A stretch of DNA of 64,000 nucleotides from Octopus sinensis (GCF_006345805.1 NC_043004.1:14322001-14386000), one strand, 5' to 3'. Shown: positions 42,400 to 56,949, counted from the stretch's first letter. Notes: generated from the sequence alone by a model not told the origin. Program-made: numbers and translations.

Positions 42400-43450
42400 T
42401 TATATAGAAAGATCAGAAAACTTAATGAAATTACTGTGATTAATAGTTAGTTTGACCTAGAGGTGGAATTTTAAGAGATATTTTGTGCTTTCGAAAGTAC
42501 TAGCAGCTGATAAGGCCTAATATATCCTACGGCAATGTAGAGATACCAGGGATAGCAGTGCTAATATAGATGTACATGGAATAGTTTTAAAGATTATGAA
42601 GGAAATAATCATTTTCTATGATTTATATAGATTTAATGATTTTACATGTGGCTGGTATGAGGGATCAGAAACTCATCGAATGTGAGGTATGGATGCATCC
42701 AACATCTGAAAATATATTAAAGACCTATATACTAAAAACAAACTGGGAGAAAATAATATGGATAGGAAAAAACGCCGGAAATGTTACCCAGTAACTTTAG
42801 TAATTTCCTCTGATCAGTATTTAATTCGACTGAGATATGTATTGAAAGAATAGAAATTTATATAGCTTTAAATTATAATAAGTTCTCACATCTGCTTGTA
42901 ATTTATAGACATATCTAACTACAAAACAGTAGTTAATAATGCATCTGTTTTATATAGAAACAATTTTATTATATAAACTATTTATTTTCTGATTACTGTA
43001 CAAAATGGTTCCCATAACTGGAAGTAATATCTAATTTAGCAGCTGATATATTTCTTTTGCATGTATAACTGCTTATATGTCTGATGTGGAAAATATATTA
43101 TTTACAGGAAATGCTAATGCTATTTTCGTCTCGATATGTTTTTTTATGGCATTTAGAATTATGCTATATGTCTGACGCTGTTTTACTTTTTTTTTATAAA
43201 TGTCCGAAATCACTAGTCTAGATAAACAATTATGAATACCACTAAAATATTTGAATGAATGATATTGACAAGAAATTAAGTTTTATTGATATTTGGTCTG
43301 AAACACCAAGAAATGACAGTTGTAAAACTATACATTTAGCTGAGGTAATAGCTTTGATACAGTGTAAATTAACTTTCAGATAGGATCCGTCGAAAACGTA
43401 ATACACGTCTTACAGTGTAGCGTTCTGAAATCAGAAAGAAAGGAACCACG
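42400..43450 (+). mobile_element. Possible very old Penelope-like RT remnant
   Basis: Only a relic MVPITGSN...LAADIF resembling G.PMGSP.S..LADIF, in AT-rich stop-ridden sequence. Confidence 0.25.
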
Positions 43451-43544
43451 AACATTTTAATGAATTTATCGCAGTTCCATAGACATGTTGTAATGTAAAA
43501 TTTTATAATAAATTACTGCATGTCAAGTTATTATCCTTTGCAGG

Positions 43545-43740
43545 CGGCGAGCTGGCAGAATTGACTGCAGGCTAGAAAAAAAAACTTAGCGGCATTTCGT
43601 TTACCATAACATTTTGAGTTCAAATTCTGCCGAGCGGGTCTTTGTTTTTCATCCATCAGGAGTCAATAAAATAAGTTCCAGTTTATCACTGGGGTTGATG
43701 TAATCGGATTACGCGCTCACCTGAAATTGCTGAGGTACAT
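43545..43740 (+). mobile_element. SINE family A
   Basis: ggcggcgagctggcagaatt...gagttcaaattctgccgag...ctggggttgatgtaatc. Confidence 0.85.
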
Positions 43741-43914
43741 TTCTTCAGACATACAGTCGATATTAGCTTATATTACTAACCTCTACCTTATCAGAGTGAT
43801 ATGATTTAGCGTTCTTACTTCAAAGCATCTTATGTATTTATACATCATATACATATAAAACCTTCACGAAAGAGATTCAGAAAGTTTATCTACTTTCTTT
43901 TATAATCCACATCA

Positions 43915-45260
43915 CAGCCGCGGGTGTATGGGATGCGATGGCAGGCTGCGCGGGATACAAGTCGCCAGGCTTGGATGGTCTACCTTACCAGCTCTATTAT
44001 CATATGCCAGACTTGTTTGGAGGCGTCTTGGCAGCTGTCTACTGCGAATGGCAGCAAAAGGGGAGTACCCACAGTTCTGTGAATCGAGAAGCGGTGGCAC
44101 TGTTAAAGAAAGATCCAGACAAGGAGAATGTCAGAGATACCTTCAGGCCCATCACACTCCTCAACGCAGATTTGAAGATTTGGTGTTAGGGTTAGCCGTG
44201 AGGTTGGTGCATATCATCGAAAAACGTGCGCCGTGCTGGGCAGGACTATCCATGACAACCTCCATCTGATGCATTACATCATAGAGTAGTTAACGAATCT
44301 GTCATGGGTGGGACGCTGATCAATTTGCATCATTCGAAAGCTTTCGATTAGATCGACCATCGCTAATTGGAAGCTGTCCTTAGAGCGGCTGGTTTCGGTC
44401 CCGTCTTCTGCAGTTGGATCACTGTCTTATAAAGCGGCATCCGCTCGGTAGTTCGTGTACACTGTCTTCTGTCCAGACCATTTATCATCACGCATTCAGT
44501 CCGTCAAGGAAGCCCCCTCTTATCGGTTCTGTACGTATTGACTCTAGAGCCAATAATGGGCCGAGGGGGAGTTATCCCTAAAAGGTCGGGTGGAGGTGAT
44601 GAACGCGTACATTGCATCCGTCATCGTCCCGACCCTACTCTCACCAAACTGGAACGCATACTCTTCAACTTTTTGTGGAAGGGAAGCGTTCCGATGGTAA
44701 GGCGATCCATTTGCATTCAACCCCCGCTAAATCGGGGGCTGGTTATGACGCGGTTGATGATGCGCAGAGATGCGCTAAGACTGCGACATCTCCGGCGTTT
44801 CATAGATGACAGCGAACAGGTGTGGTTGCCGTTTGTGAGGCGCGCTTTCTTTCAGCTCGTCTATTTGCCCGAACTGCAGTCGTGGATCAAACAGAGACTA
44901 GGCGAATAGTACCCCGAGTGCCACCTTGCTCTCCGAGACCAAACTTGTGCAACTTCAATTTCACGAAGGCATTTTATAGAGGATTAGTGGAGGGGAGGTG
45001 CGACGACGTTCCCGGGCAGAATCTGAGTGTCGACGAGAAAAACCTGACCCAACTGTTCAGCGAAAGGTTTAGAGAAAAACACTTTCCTCCCTGGCCAATC
45101 GCTCATCAACATTTTCAAGTACCACTCGAAAAGGAAGGTGAAAATAGAGAGACAAATTTTGCCTTATGAACGATTCAATGAAACAAGGGTGAATGTAGCA
45201 AAGATGGTATGCGCAAATGACGAAATCACTTTGAGCATGATCCTATAAATCCAAAAGAGA
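43915..45260 (+). mobile_element. L1/Tx1-like RT fragment, frameshifted
   Basis: KSPGLDGLPY.LY, LLKKD...FRPITLLNADLKI, SKAFD.IDH, SVRQGSPL...LTLEP, LFNFLWKG; GC-richer than its flanks. Confidence 0.88.
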
Positions 45261-45535
45261 GAGAGAGCACTTTGCTCTCATGTGTTTTTTCTCCTCCCAG
45301 GCTGAGGTTAATGTGATCTATTTCGTAGGATCTACTTTCCACGTACTTTTTTTTTTACATTTTACACTGTTCTGTGATAGACGATCCCTTTTAAATCGAA
45401 TTTTTTTTTCACATCGGAATTTTTTCCTCTTTTTTTTCTATTTTCCTGTTTTTTTTTTCTTTCGAAAAGAAAAGCTCTACATTGTATTTTGTCACCTCTG
45501 TGTTCGGCCTTGTGTAGCTAATAATGAAAGACATA

Positions 45536-45735
<200 letters not shown>

Positions 45736-45953
45736 TGTATTATTTCCTGCGGGAGAGAAGTTCAAAAGGAATCCATGCGTAGTCACTCAAATGTAAGTCT
45801 GAGAGTGTAAAACTATAAAATCTATAATCGCTTTTGTTTTCTAGTTTCCGATGAGTCATAGGCGAAAGAGAATATATTATATAATTTTTCAGCGAGTAAT
45901 GTCGGAGTGCGTATGTGTACCTATGTGTGTGTGCGTGCGAGTGTATATATATG

Positions 45954-46027
<74 letters not shown>

Positions 46028-46080
46028 AATATTTGTATATATAAATATACATATATACATACATACATACATACATATAT

Positions 46081-46134
<54 letters not shown>

Positions 46135-47018
46135 TATATATACAATTATAAATATATATACTTACATGTGTGTATCTATATATCTAAGTATATTTATATA
46201 CACACTACCGCGCGCGCACAAACCACACAAACACACACACACATGCAGTACACATCTATAGTGAAAAAAGTGAGATACAGCGCGAGAGACTGTGAAGGGA
46301 AAGAAAGAAAGAGAGACTATACTAGGTTTGAATACTTGATTCTTCGATTATTTAATAAAATATTTAATGACTAACACTCTAGTTTTATTATTTCTATATG
46401 TACTCTGTGATCTTTCTAGCTATGGAGACGAGTGAAAGGAAAGTTCAACTATAACAAGCCTGATTTCTCTGCTGTTTTCTTATTCGATGCACAAGAATGC
46501 GCATGAAGTTCTAAATAACAGCGATATGTCATGCAATTACAATAGCGTTATGCATACTTATATACATAGATATATAAGTAAATGTATAATGTATGTATGG
46601 ATATATATATATATATATATAAGAATGAATGTTTTTATATATAATGAACGTGAAATACAGGAAGGGACGGATACGGAACACAGACAAATCATTCGAAGCC
46701 TTCAATCTGCAGTCAGACACCGAATCATCATAGCAAATTTCGGCTGTTCAATTCTGATATTTGCTCCAACTCGGCCAGCCCCAAGAAAAAAAACTAAGCT
46801 GTAAGCATTAGATTTCTTGGTAGAAGACAGGAATGTGAACGCACAAGACGGATGTAAATACAAGAGACGAAAACGAAATTGAAAACAGTAATGAATAAAC
46901 AAAATATATATAACGATGGTTGTCATACGACTTTAGACCAAAGGAGACAAAAACAACAACAACATAGCTGGCGTAGAAATAATTACCGTTTCGGTAGCGG
47001 GGACACATGTTGGTCGAG

Positions 47019-47054
<36 letters not shown>

Positions 47055-47173
47055 GGCGTAGGATTGGGTGTGTGGTAAGTATTAGCGTAGGAGTGGCTGA
47101 AAAATAAATATAGGCGTAGGAGTGGATGTGTGGTAAGTAGCTTGCTTACCAACCACATGGTTCCCGGTTCAGA
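47055..47173 (+). mobile_element. SINE family B head region with three reiterated 5' starts
   Basis: ggcgtagga... at 47055, gcgtaggagtggctg at 47085 and ggcgtaggagtgg at 47113; truncated after the B box. Confidence 0.8.
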
Positions 47174-47469
47174 ATGTAGAGAGCCGGACGCTATACCGCG
47201 AAGCATTTCTGCCGACATGTGGGCCATTCTGCGAATCTCCCACTCGCAGATCAATGTGAAATGAATTTTTTTCCTCGAGATCCGGGAATCCAACACACGA
47301 TCATCCGATCGGCAGTGCGACGACCACCCGAACCAATACGTTGGGAATAAATTTAAAATGTTGCGACAATTGTTTCGCTAAGTATCCTCATTTTGAAGCT
47401 AGCGTAGCACAATTCTTTGGATTCAGATTTATATATGTATATATATATATATATATATATAAAATAAAT

Positions 47470-47670
47470 GTGCCCATTTAGAGCCTAGCCACGGTTATGG
47501 GCCCGGTTTGCCGGTTTCTGTGGCGTATGTTTTCCCCAGCTGAGTGGATTGGAGCAACGTGAAATGAAGTGTTTTGCTCAAGAACACAACGGATCGCTCG
47601 GTCCAGGAATCGAAACCACAATCTTACGACCATGATACTGACACCCTAACCACTAAGCCATGCGCCTCCA
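47470..47670 (-). mobile_element. SINE family C
   Basis: Reverse-complement head tggaggcgcatggcttagtggttaggg...ggtttcgattcc. Confidence 0.85.
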
Positions 47671-47697
47671 CACACACACATACATTATATGTATATG

Positions 47698-47728
<31 letters not shown>

Positions 47729-48779
47729 TTTAGCTTTTTACTTATTCAGGTATTTGGATGCGGCAATGCTGGAGCACAGTCTTGAAATATTTTAATAGAA
47801 AGAATGAATCGACCTGTGTATCGGTTTATATTTTTAAGCCTGGTTCTTTTTCTATTGCTCCTTTTTATTAAACTGGTAAGCTACTGGGACGTAAACGCAC
47901 CAACATCGGTTGCGAAGCGTTGATAGGGTAAAAGTATAGACAAAAGCACACAAACACACACACATGCACACACGCACGCACACACACACACACACACCAT
48001 ACATGTATACATATATTTGTGTAGTTCTTTGAATTACATCTCCCAAACTCATAAATCTTTACAGGACGACATACAGATCTAAAATGGGACTGACCTTGAA
48101 TAAATGGCCGAAACTTTAATCAGGTCACAAACAGAACCACACTTACAAGCAGTCACGCTAGTGTACACATTCAACCACACACACACCCACACATACAGCT
48201 CATATACACACCCTTCGTTTATTCTTACCCTTACCTGCTCTTGTAAGCAAACAAGCATTTACATAGGCACATAGGAGCTTGCTTACACACAGGCTTAGGA
48301 CTGATTCTTAGACAGACCTACAGCTTACTTTACAGACAGAAAGGAAAAATCACTACGCAATCGGGAAAGTATCGAACAGCAACGAAAGAACTTTGACTTT
48401 GAAACAATGGATTAACTGTTTAACCATGACATTAAACTCGCGTTAGATTAGTTAGATATTTAATCGATTGAGTGACTATAAAGGAGTAGATTGAACATGC
48501 GCGTGTGTTACCATTATTGGCGTAATGTCTCTCCGAAGACGCGACAAGAATTGTATCCACAGACAAACACACCAAATACAAAATCTATGTAATCTATATT
48601 ACTGTATGTGTATATGTACATACACACTCATACATACACACTCTCACACACATTTTAAAGTTGGGTATACACCTTGTAGTATGCCATTTAAAGCCCGTAC
48701 ATTGTATGTGGCTTCCTGATATCGTTAACATTATGGATGCAAAACGCTACTATTCTCTTTGTTATATTTTTTATTCTTT

Positions 48780-49960
48780 TGTAAGTCCCTTTAGTGCTTG
48801 TAGGAGAAGCGTTCTACATTATACGCCATTTTTTTCCTGACTACAGCACTTTGTTTCCTTCTTTAAATGTTTGCTTCTTCAAAAATGACTCAGAGCCGAC
48901 AATTAAAGAAGCAGACAAAGGAAGTGCTGTAGTCTTGATGGACACAGAATACGGCAAAAACCTTACTATTATCCATACTAGAAAACGATGCCTTCTACGA
49001 AAAATCTGTAAATTATAAACATTACGAAAGAATGACAAATCTTGCATCTTTAATACTTCTACATGGAAAAGACCTGACAGAAAAAGAAATAGATTATATC
49101 ACGAACTTTAAATGTTAACCTAATGTTTTTTACGGCCTACCTAAAATACACAGGAGCAAGATAGTTAATGAAACCGGCAAAAAATCAACAGGCAAATACA
49201 TAAATAACCAAACACTAGAAGACTTAAAGTTAAGACCCATTATAGCTGGCCCAGCCGGTGAAACCCACCGCCTAAGCAATTTTTATACATCCTACTGAAA
49301 CCCTTTCTGAAATACATTAAAATTTCATTAGAGACGATCATGACATGTTTGAGCATCTACCTAAAACAATTCATGAAGAGACATTATTGGTTTCCTTTGA
49401 TGTTATTAATATTTATACCAACAATGAATATATGACAATGGAATAGAAGCAATAAAATTCAGGCCGGAATATCCCGAAGTAGTTTCGGAAAGCATAAACC
49501 AGGTTTTATTATAGAAACTAAAATTTATACTTCAGAACAATTATTTCCTATTTGATGACACCTATTATCGTCAAAAATTCAGAATTGCGATGGAATCGAA
49601 AGTAGCCCCGGTTCTTGCGAATCTAATAAGGGGATATTTTGAATTCGCCATATATGAAGTGTCACTGCAAAAATTTGGCTATCCATTTCGCCATTTCGCC
49701 CACAACCAAATTATAATTGGCATCTATCATGAACCAATGGACTCGAAACAATATCTTTTCTCAACCTCATGCCACCGGAAACAAATCAAAAGGGTTTGCA
49801 AAATAGCGTCTGATATAAAAAAAACTCAAGTTTGTCGTCTTCAAGTCCTGAGAACAATACTAACTGAAACACAATATCCACTCTCAAGCGTGCTAAGAAT
49901 TTAGACCTTAAAACACTAACTGCAACAAATCGTAACACCACACCGCATCTCAAAACATTA

Positions 49961-49996
<36 letters not shown>

Positions 49997-50960
49997 GAGC
50001 AAAACGCCCCCTGTCCGATGGACGGTGCTGAGTTGTCAAAACATTTGAACCAAATTTTCTCAAAGCAACTTGTCCGACCGTCCCATAGACCTCCCCTTTG
50101 AGAAACACTGATTTAACCTAAATTTGAGACAACCAGCAAAAGAAGTAATAAAGATAGACTTTTTTCTATTCCAAGAAAAAGGATTATACAAATGCATGTT
50201 CCCACGGCTTTATCGAGCGCATTCTCACCTGGAATCGATTTTTGTAATTTTTTGAAAACCTTTACACGCCCTGATACCGTTGGTATCTAAATATCAAATT
50301 TGAGCACAATCGGATGGAGGATGCCCGAGATCCTAGAAGAAACACAGACAGATAGAACGGATTTTATATAATATATATCAACCCTAGAAACAATGCGGCA
50401 TACAACACTATTGTACAAAATCTACCTATGCTCACTAGAGACTAAAAAAAACTAACAACATTCTAAAAACACATCAATTCGTCAAATGTAAAAAGCAACA
50501 CAAATCGCTGGAAAGACTTCTAACGAAACCAACGGTTAAAAAATGTGGACACCCAAAATGTGTAAAATTCTCCAACCTACTGGAAGGCTCGAAATTCCTA
50601 TTCAAACAAAGAAAGACGTTCACAATTAAAAACAGCTTCAGTTGTGCTTGGGAGAATCTAATTTATGTTATAACTTGCACAGAGTGTAAACATAACTATA
50701 TATAGAGAACCACACGACATAACGAACACAGTCGGGTCCCGTAAAAGAGATAAATTCCTTTGAGTGAACACAAAGATATCCAACCAAACTTCACAGTTTT
50801 CCCATCTACTAGTGTAAAGAAATAATTTCTATACAAGGTCGTTTAGGTAAACAAAATTTGTTAATCGAAAAATGAAGAACACGTGTAAATATGAATGCAT
50901 AATCAAATTTGATCTCAGTATATATTTAAATTTATGATCACATACCCATGACTGCGCATA
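48780..50960 (+). mobile_element. Penelope-like element (RT plus GIY-YIG endonuclease), decayed, with a nested insertion
   Basis: IKEADKGSAVVLMDTEY, FYGLPKIH, LRPIIAGP, LLVSFDVINIYTN, ILQNNYFLFDD.YYRQ, DSKQYL...SCH, then KCGHPKC and NLIYVITC..C...YI. Confidence 0.9.
49996..50387 (+). mobile_element. DINE-1/HINE-like insert inside the Penelope element, next to (TA)n
   Basis: Interrupts the Penelope coding relic; ends caaatttgagcacaatcggatg...acacagacagatagaacggattttatata. Confidence 0.5.
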
Positions 50961-51059
50961 TTTCATCCTACCACTTTAGATTTTGAGATTTTGTGTATAT
51001 ATATTTATTCATCCCCTCCCCGAAATATGAGCAGTTACCTCCCCTGTTCCAAATAATGA

Positions 51060-51200
51060 CGATCGCCAATTTCCTCCAATTATTGGTTTCCTTCGATGTT
51101 ATTAATATTTACACCAACATCACAAATAACTATGGAAGAGAAACAATGAAATTGTACTTATTGAATCATTTATTCACAAAACTTCTCTACACGCAGCATG
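51060..51200 (+). mobile_element. Second short Penelope-like RT fragment
   Basis: LLVSFDVINIYTNI repeats the motif at about 49385-49420. Confidence 0.7.
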
Positions 51201-51336
51201 AACTAAAATCTTCTAACTTACAATAATTTCAATGTCATAATTAGGGAAACCGGTCGACAAGCACAATACAACATATATTAAAAATTATATTAAAACTGCG
51301 TGAATTGTGTGCATTTTCTTTTTTATCATATATATA

Positions 51337-51370
<34 letters not shown>

Positions 51371-51525
51371 TGCATTGCAACTTACCACGTGGGTATAATC
51401 GAAATTCCTCCCTTTTTGTTACAATATTATATATATGTGTGTGTGTGTATATATATGTATATATATACGTATATATATATGCATATATTTGCATATATAT
51501 ATATATCTGTGTCTGTGTTTGTGTG

Positions 51526-51878
51526 TGGAGGCGCAGCGGATTCGCGGTCGTAGGATCGCGGTTTCGATTCCAAGACTGAGTGTTTTATTTATTGAGCGAA
51601 AACACCCGAAGCTCCATGAAGCTCCGGCAAGGTGGCAAACCCTGCTGTACTTTTTCATCACAACTTTCTCTCACTCTTTCTTCCTGTGTCTGTTGTACCT
51701 GTATTTCAAAGGGCCAGCCTTGTCACACTCTGTGTCACACTGAATCATCCCGATCATTACGTTAAGGGTACACATGTCTGTGGAGTACTCAGGGACTTAC
51801 ACGTTTATCTCACGAGCAGGCTTTTCCGTTGATCGGATCAAGTTGAACCCCCGTCGTCGTAACCAACGGAGTGCCACG

Positions 51879-51880
<2 letters not shown>
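51526..51880 (+). mobile_element. tRNA-derived SINE family D
   Basis: tggaggcgca head, ggtttcgattcc B box, and a body distinct from families A-C. Confidence 0.65.
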
Positions 51881-51909
<29 letters not shown>

Positions 51910-52036
51910 GATAGATAGATATATAGATAAATACATACATACAGACATATGTGTGCGTGTTTATTTTTATATTTTACTCTCACACGCCTATATTTACACA
52001 CAAACTCTTACCTGCACGTACTAATATACACACACT

Positions 52037-52109
<73 letters not shown>

Positions 52110-52911
52110 ATAAAAAGAAACATATATATATATGTAAGAATAAACAAACATATTCAGAGAAATAATGAGGTTTAAATGTACTATAGGAGTGGACGACTTA
52201 TGGAGTTATCGAATAAAAACGAGATTGTTTAATTGCTGTCATATTCTAATACCTTATCAGCGAATATACGATATCGCGATGTACAGTATTTATGATTTTT
52301 TTTCTTGAATCTTTTTTAATTCGAAATTCTATCAGTCCAATTAATTTTAATGATTCTCTATAAACGTATCTTGTCAAAGACTTCAGCATTTATTTACTGG
52401 GAGTCTGTTTCACATTAATATTTCCTGAATGTGGAATGAGATGGGATTCACATAAATATGTCAGCTACAGTATTTGTCTTTTAATTTATTTCTCTCTTCG
52501 CACCGAAACTAATTTACGTCTATATCTGAAAGTTTAGTTTCTCTTAGTAACTTACAGTTTAATTCCGTTATAAAATATATCACATTTCACTTTATTTCTT
52601 TGAGTGAAAACATTATTTATTTTGCAAGTCTTTGATAAGGAATCAACAGTAAAGATAGCCAATTTTATTGGAATCGTCGTATGCTTATTTTATTGTTTTC
52701 TCCTATGTTACAATAGAAGAAATTTGCTCATATGTTCATCTCTAGCATCATAAACCAACTGTCATCTTGAACCTAGGAGATTAACTTAAACGAATAGAAA
52801 GTGAGGTATGCTGATTGTATCATGATACGGCAAACTCCTTCCTGTAATAGTATTTAATTGTCATAAATGAAGGTAGTATTTTAATGCTACGCGAGGAAGT
52901 ATTTATTCATT

Positions 52912-53185
52912 ATCTTTTATTTGCTTCAGTCATTAGTCTGCGGCTATGCAGGGACACCATCTTGATAAGTTTTTGTTGAACAAATCGACGCCAGAACTTA
53001 TTTCTAAAGCTTGGTACGTATACATACAACGAGTTTCATTCAGTTTCTGTTTACCAGATCCATTCTCACAAGGCTTTGGTCGGTCCGAGGGTATAGTAGA
53101 AGACAACTGTACAAGGTTCAGCCCAGTGTGACTGAACCTGGAACCATGTGGTTTTGAAGCAGATTTCTTACCACACAACCACGCT
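52912..53185 (-). mobile_element. SINE family B, internally deleted
   Basis: Both ends match family B; the middle section is missing. Confidence 0.85.
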
Positions 53186-53855
53186 TGTTCAAAATCAAAA
53201 CTACTACAATCAAATCCCTACATAGTGACGAATTGTTTCCTGCGGCATCTCAATAATTTCCATACCTCAAGAGGCATGACATGGAGCGATGAAATATTTT
53301 CGGTTAAGTACACTCTGAAAATGGTACCGCATACGCGTGAATTCAGTCTGAAATAGCTATACCTGGATTAGAAAATATTTTATATTATTAATTAAGCTGG
53401 AGGTAGTATCATGGATGATCATAACGTTGAATTCAAAGTATATGTAGTTTATGTACTGCGCATATTGATATTATATATACATATAGATATGATATATATT
53501 TATAAAGAAAATTGACAATATGCACATGAATTGAACAAAGATTCTATTATAGTTTGTTCTGTAATCAGTAAAATATTCCATGATTAATATTCATTCATAA
53601 TTTCTTTAAAGAAATATTACTTTTTTAATAACGTGTGTGTGTGTGGGGGGGGAAGAATTAATTGGATATAGTCCCGCACTTCTTCAATCATATTGCAGAT
53701 AGGCAGATAGATAGATAGATAGATAGATTTGTTTTTGTTTGTTTTATTCGTTTTTTGTTTTTTTTCGCTTTATTACATTTCTTTCGGAGTGGTACTTGAA
53801 TAGTGACTTGATATGAGATCGTGCGCTGAAACAAAAAGCAATTGCAATGTGGAAG

Positions 53856-55840
53856 ATATTTTCGTCGCTTTGAAACCGCAACCTTTTCACCGACAAAACT
53901 TGGTGAAAATGTTTCGGGGAACAGGTCACGGTTTCAAAGCGACGAAAATATTTTGACTGTTATGAAATTAAAATGTTGAAGCGAAACTAACGGTTTTTGT
54001 GTGTTCTTGAATGGCTTACAAATATCTTACACGCTGAAATTGCCTTCATTTGCTACTTCCTTTCTTTCTTATTCTTATTTTAGTTTTATTTTCAGATACT
54101 CTCCCATGGTTTTCTATCATTCAGTCAAGTCATTCTATTCAGTTCATGATGCAGTAAATTATGTAGAAGAAAATGAGTCTCCTAGTGATGAAAACTTTAT
54201 TGATATTTTTGAAATACCTTCATCGGTAAATGAACTAACAGATGAAGAAAACTTTGATGATGTAATTTTTTATGATGAGAACAGTGATCCGACGTTTATC
54301 TTGCTGTATGTGCCAGGAGGTGTTGAGCTTCATCGGTATGATAATGAATAAGAACTAAACCAAAAAGAAAAAGAAAGAAAACCTCAGATTTCTCTTGGAC
54401 AAAGATTGAGCTTAATTTTTCAAAATTTGCATCACCAACTATTGATTGAGCAGATGATAGAATGAAATGAATGAATGATAAAGTATTTGGCAAGAGCCCA
54501 GTTGAGATATTTGAACTTTTCTTTGACGAGGATTTACTAAGTGAAATTTGCAGAGAATCTGTCACTTATTCCACACAGGAAAATATATATGATTTTAGTC
54601 TGTCAACAAACTGTCTGAGAAAATTCATTGGAATCCTAATTTTTTCCTCAGGATACCACAGACTTCCAAGAGAACGGCATTATTGGAGCGTGTCTAAAGA
54701 CCTTGAAACTCCGATTATTCCAAAAACAATGCCAAGAGACAGTTCTAAGCACCAAAAGGTTTCTTCATTTTGTTGACAATGAAAATGCAGAAAACTACTA
54801 AGATGATAAAGGATTCAAAATTAGATCGCCAGCAGATGCTCTTAATCAGAAGTTCACGCAGTTTGGAATATTCTCTGAGAGACTGTCAGTAGATGAACAG
54901 ATAGTAAGATACTATGGAAGAAGATCTCTAAAACAACTTATAAGAGGTAAGCCCATAAGATGCAGTTTCAAATAGTATGTGCTTTTTTGTGCCCCTAGCG
55001 GCTATTGCTTTCGAGTGGATTTATATCAAGGAAAGCAAAAAGTCTTATTTCCAATACCAAGTATGTTGACAGTCTAGGTTCAAGAATGGTTTTATCAGTG
55101 ACCAATTACCTAGAGAACCCCAATGATCATGAAATTTATGTTGATAACGTTTTTCCCAAGTTATAACCTCTTTCTACAAATGAAATCCTTAGGAATCAGA
55201 ATATCGGATACAGTACGTTCAAGCACAGCGTCCAGATGTCCGCTGAAGGTTGACAAATCCCTGAAAAAGGAAAATCGTGGATCCTATGAGTGCAAGTTTG
55301 AAAAAATGAAAGAAATCTGTTTTTCTTTAAATGGCATGACGGCAGGGTTTTCACAATTGCAAGCAATCATCAGTCTGCCACCCCTGTTGGAAATGCTAAA
55401 AGATGGTCAACCAGCCACAGAAAAGAAATATTTGTTCCTTGACAATTTCTCATGTCCGAGTATAACAAATATATAGGAGGTGAGAACAACTTAGATTGAT
55501 TGGCTTATCGAAAGGTATCGCATCTCTGTTATATCTAAGAACTGGAACTTTACAAATTTCCTTGATGCTAGGATGGTTAATTCCTGGACTGTACACTGTT
55601 TTGCAAATGGAAATGCTTTGACATTACTAAATTTCAAGAGATAAGTTACTCAAAAGTTATCCTCAGATTCTGATCCCCAAAATTCGGGACTGCCAAAGGT
55701 ATTTTATTTTAAAGTAATAGCAGAAATTAGATTCTATACTACCGGACATATTCTTGATAGAACAGAGCGAGAGAAACAACGAAAATTTGCCTTTTGCTAC
55801 GAAAATGTTCCAAAACAATGTGTAAAATGTGATACGCTCT
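53856..55840 (+). mobile_element. piggyBac-like transposase remnant with an upstream 29-bp inverted repeat
   Basis: SPVEIFELFFD, LRKFIGILI.SGYH.LP.ERHYW, LSVDEQIV, GKPIR, IYVDN, NKYIGG...D, and C-terminal FCY...CVKCD. Confidence 0.88.
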
Positions 55841-56238
55841 CTCTCTTTTACTCTTTTAATTGTTTCAGTCATTTGACTGTGGCCATGCTGGAGCACTGCC
55901 TTTAGTCGAGCAAATCGACCCCAGGACTTACTCTTTGTAAGCCTTGTACTTATTGTATCGTTTTCGTTTGCCGAACCGCTAAGTTACGGGAACGTAAACA
56001 CACCAGCATCAGTTGTCAAGCGATGTCGGGGGGACAAACACAGAGACACAAACATATAAACACACATACATATATATGACGGGATTCTTTCAGTTTCCGT
56101 CTACCAGATCCACTCACCAGGCTTTGGTCGGCTCGAGGCTATAGTAGAAGACACTTGCCCAAGGTGCCACATAGAGGGACTGAACCCGGAACCATGTGGT
56201 TCGTAAGCAAGATACTTACCACACAGCCACTCCTACGC
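55841..56238 (-). mobile_element. SINE family B inserted at the 3' end of the piggyBac ORF
   Basis: Reverse complement of 7897-8349. Confidence 0.92.
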
Positions 56239-56949
56239 ATACATTTAAAAATATGCACACCCAGAAACGTATACACAAGCACACACAGATACGCATACAC
56301 ACACACACACATACACACACATTTCTTGTACGACATTGTTGTAGTTCATAGTCTTTTGTCAACTGGTAATTATTCGTCTCGTGCTTGTATTCAATGCGTA
56401 CAAGTTTCTTATATTTGTTAATCCGTAATATTTTGCTGTAAATTGGCACATCATCCGTTACTCTCACTGTGGTCATTCCGTGTTTCATGTCATTTAACAT
56501 GCAGTGAAGCTCATTCGGTTGTTCCAAAATTAACTTCTATTAGTGTAAATAAACAAAATCAAAGACATTAACATTTTGATATCACGGTAACTTGTCTTGA
56601 TTTCACCTGAGGCAATATTGCTCTTCATACAAGGGTGTTTGAAAATTAGCCAACGCATCTCCTTTTCAATCTTGAGTTTCATTTGATTATTCAGTTATAC
56701 GGATAATTTTTAGGAGGGAAAAAAACGAAATAACAGAAATCACCATTGATATTTTCTGCATAGTTAAATCGGTATGATTTAAAAAAAGACAACGGTCAGA
56801 CCATGCTTCTTCTCATCAACATCTAAATCTCTAAAACTCATGCATACGGAAGCATGTGTGTATGGAGTGTGAAGGAGAAAATGGGAGAGGGAAAGGAAGG
56901 ATAGAAGGGAGAGAGAAGAGGACAAAGAAGAGAGAACAACACATAAAGA

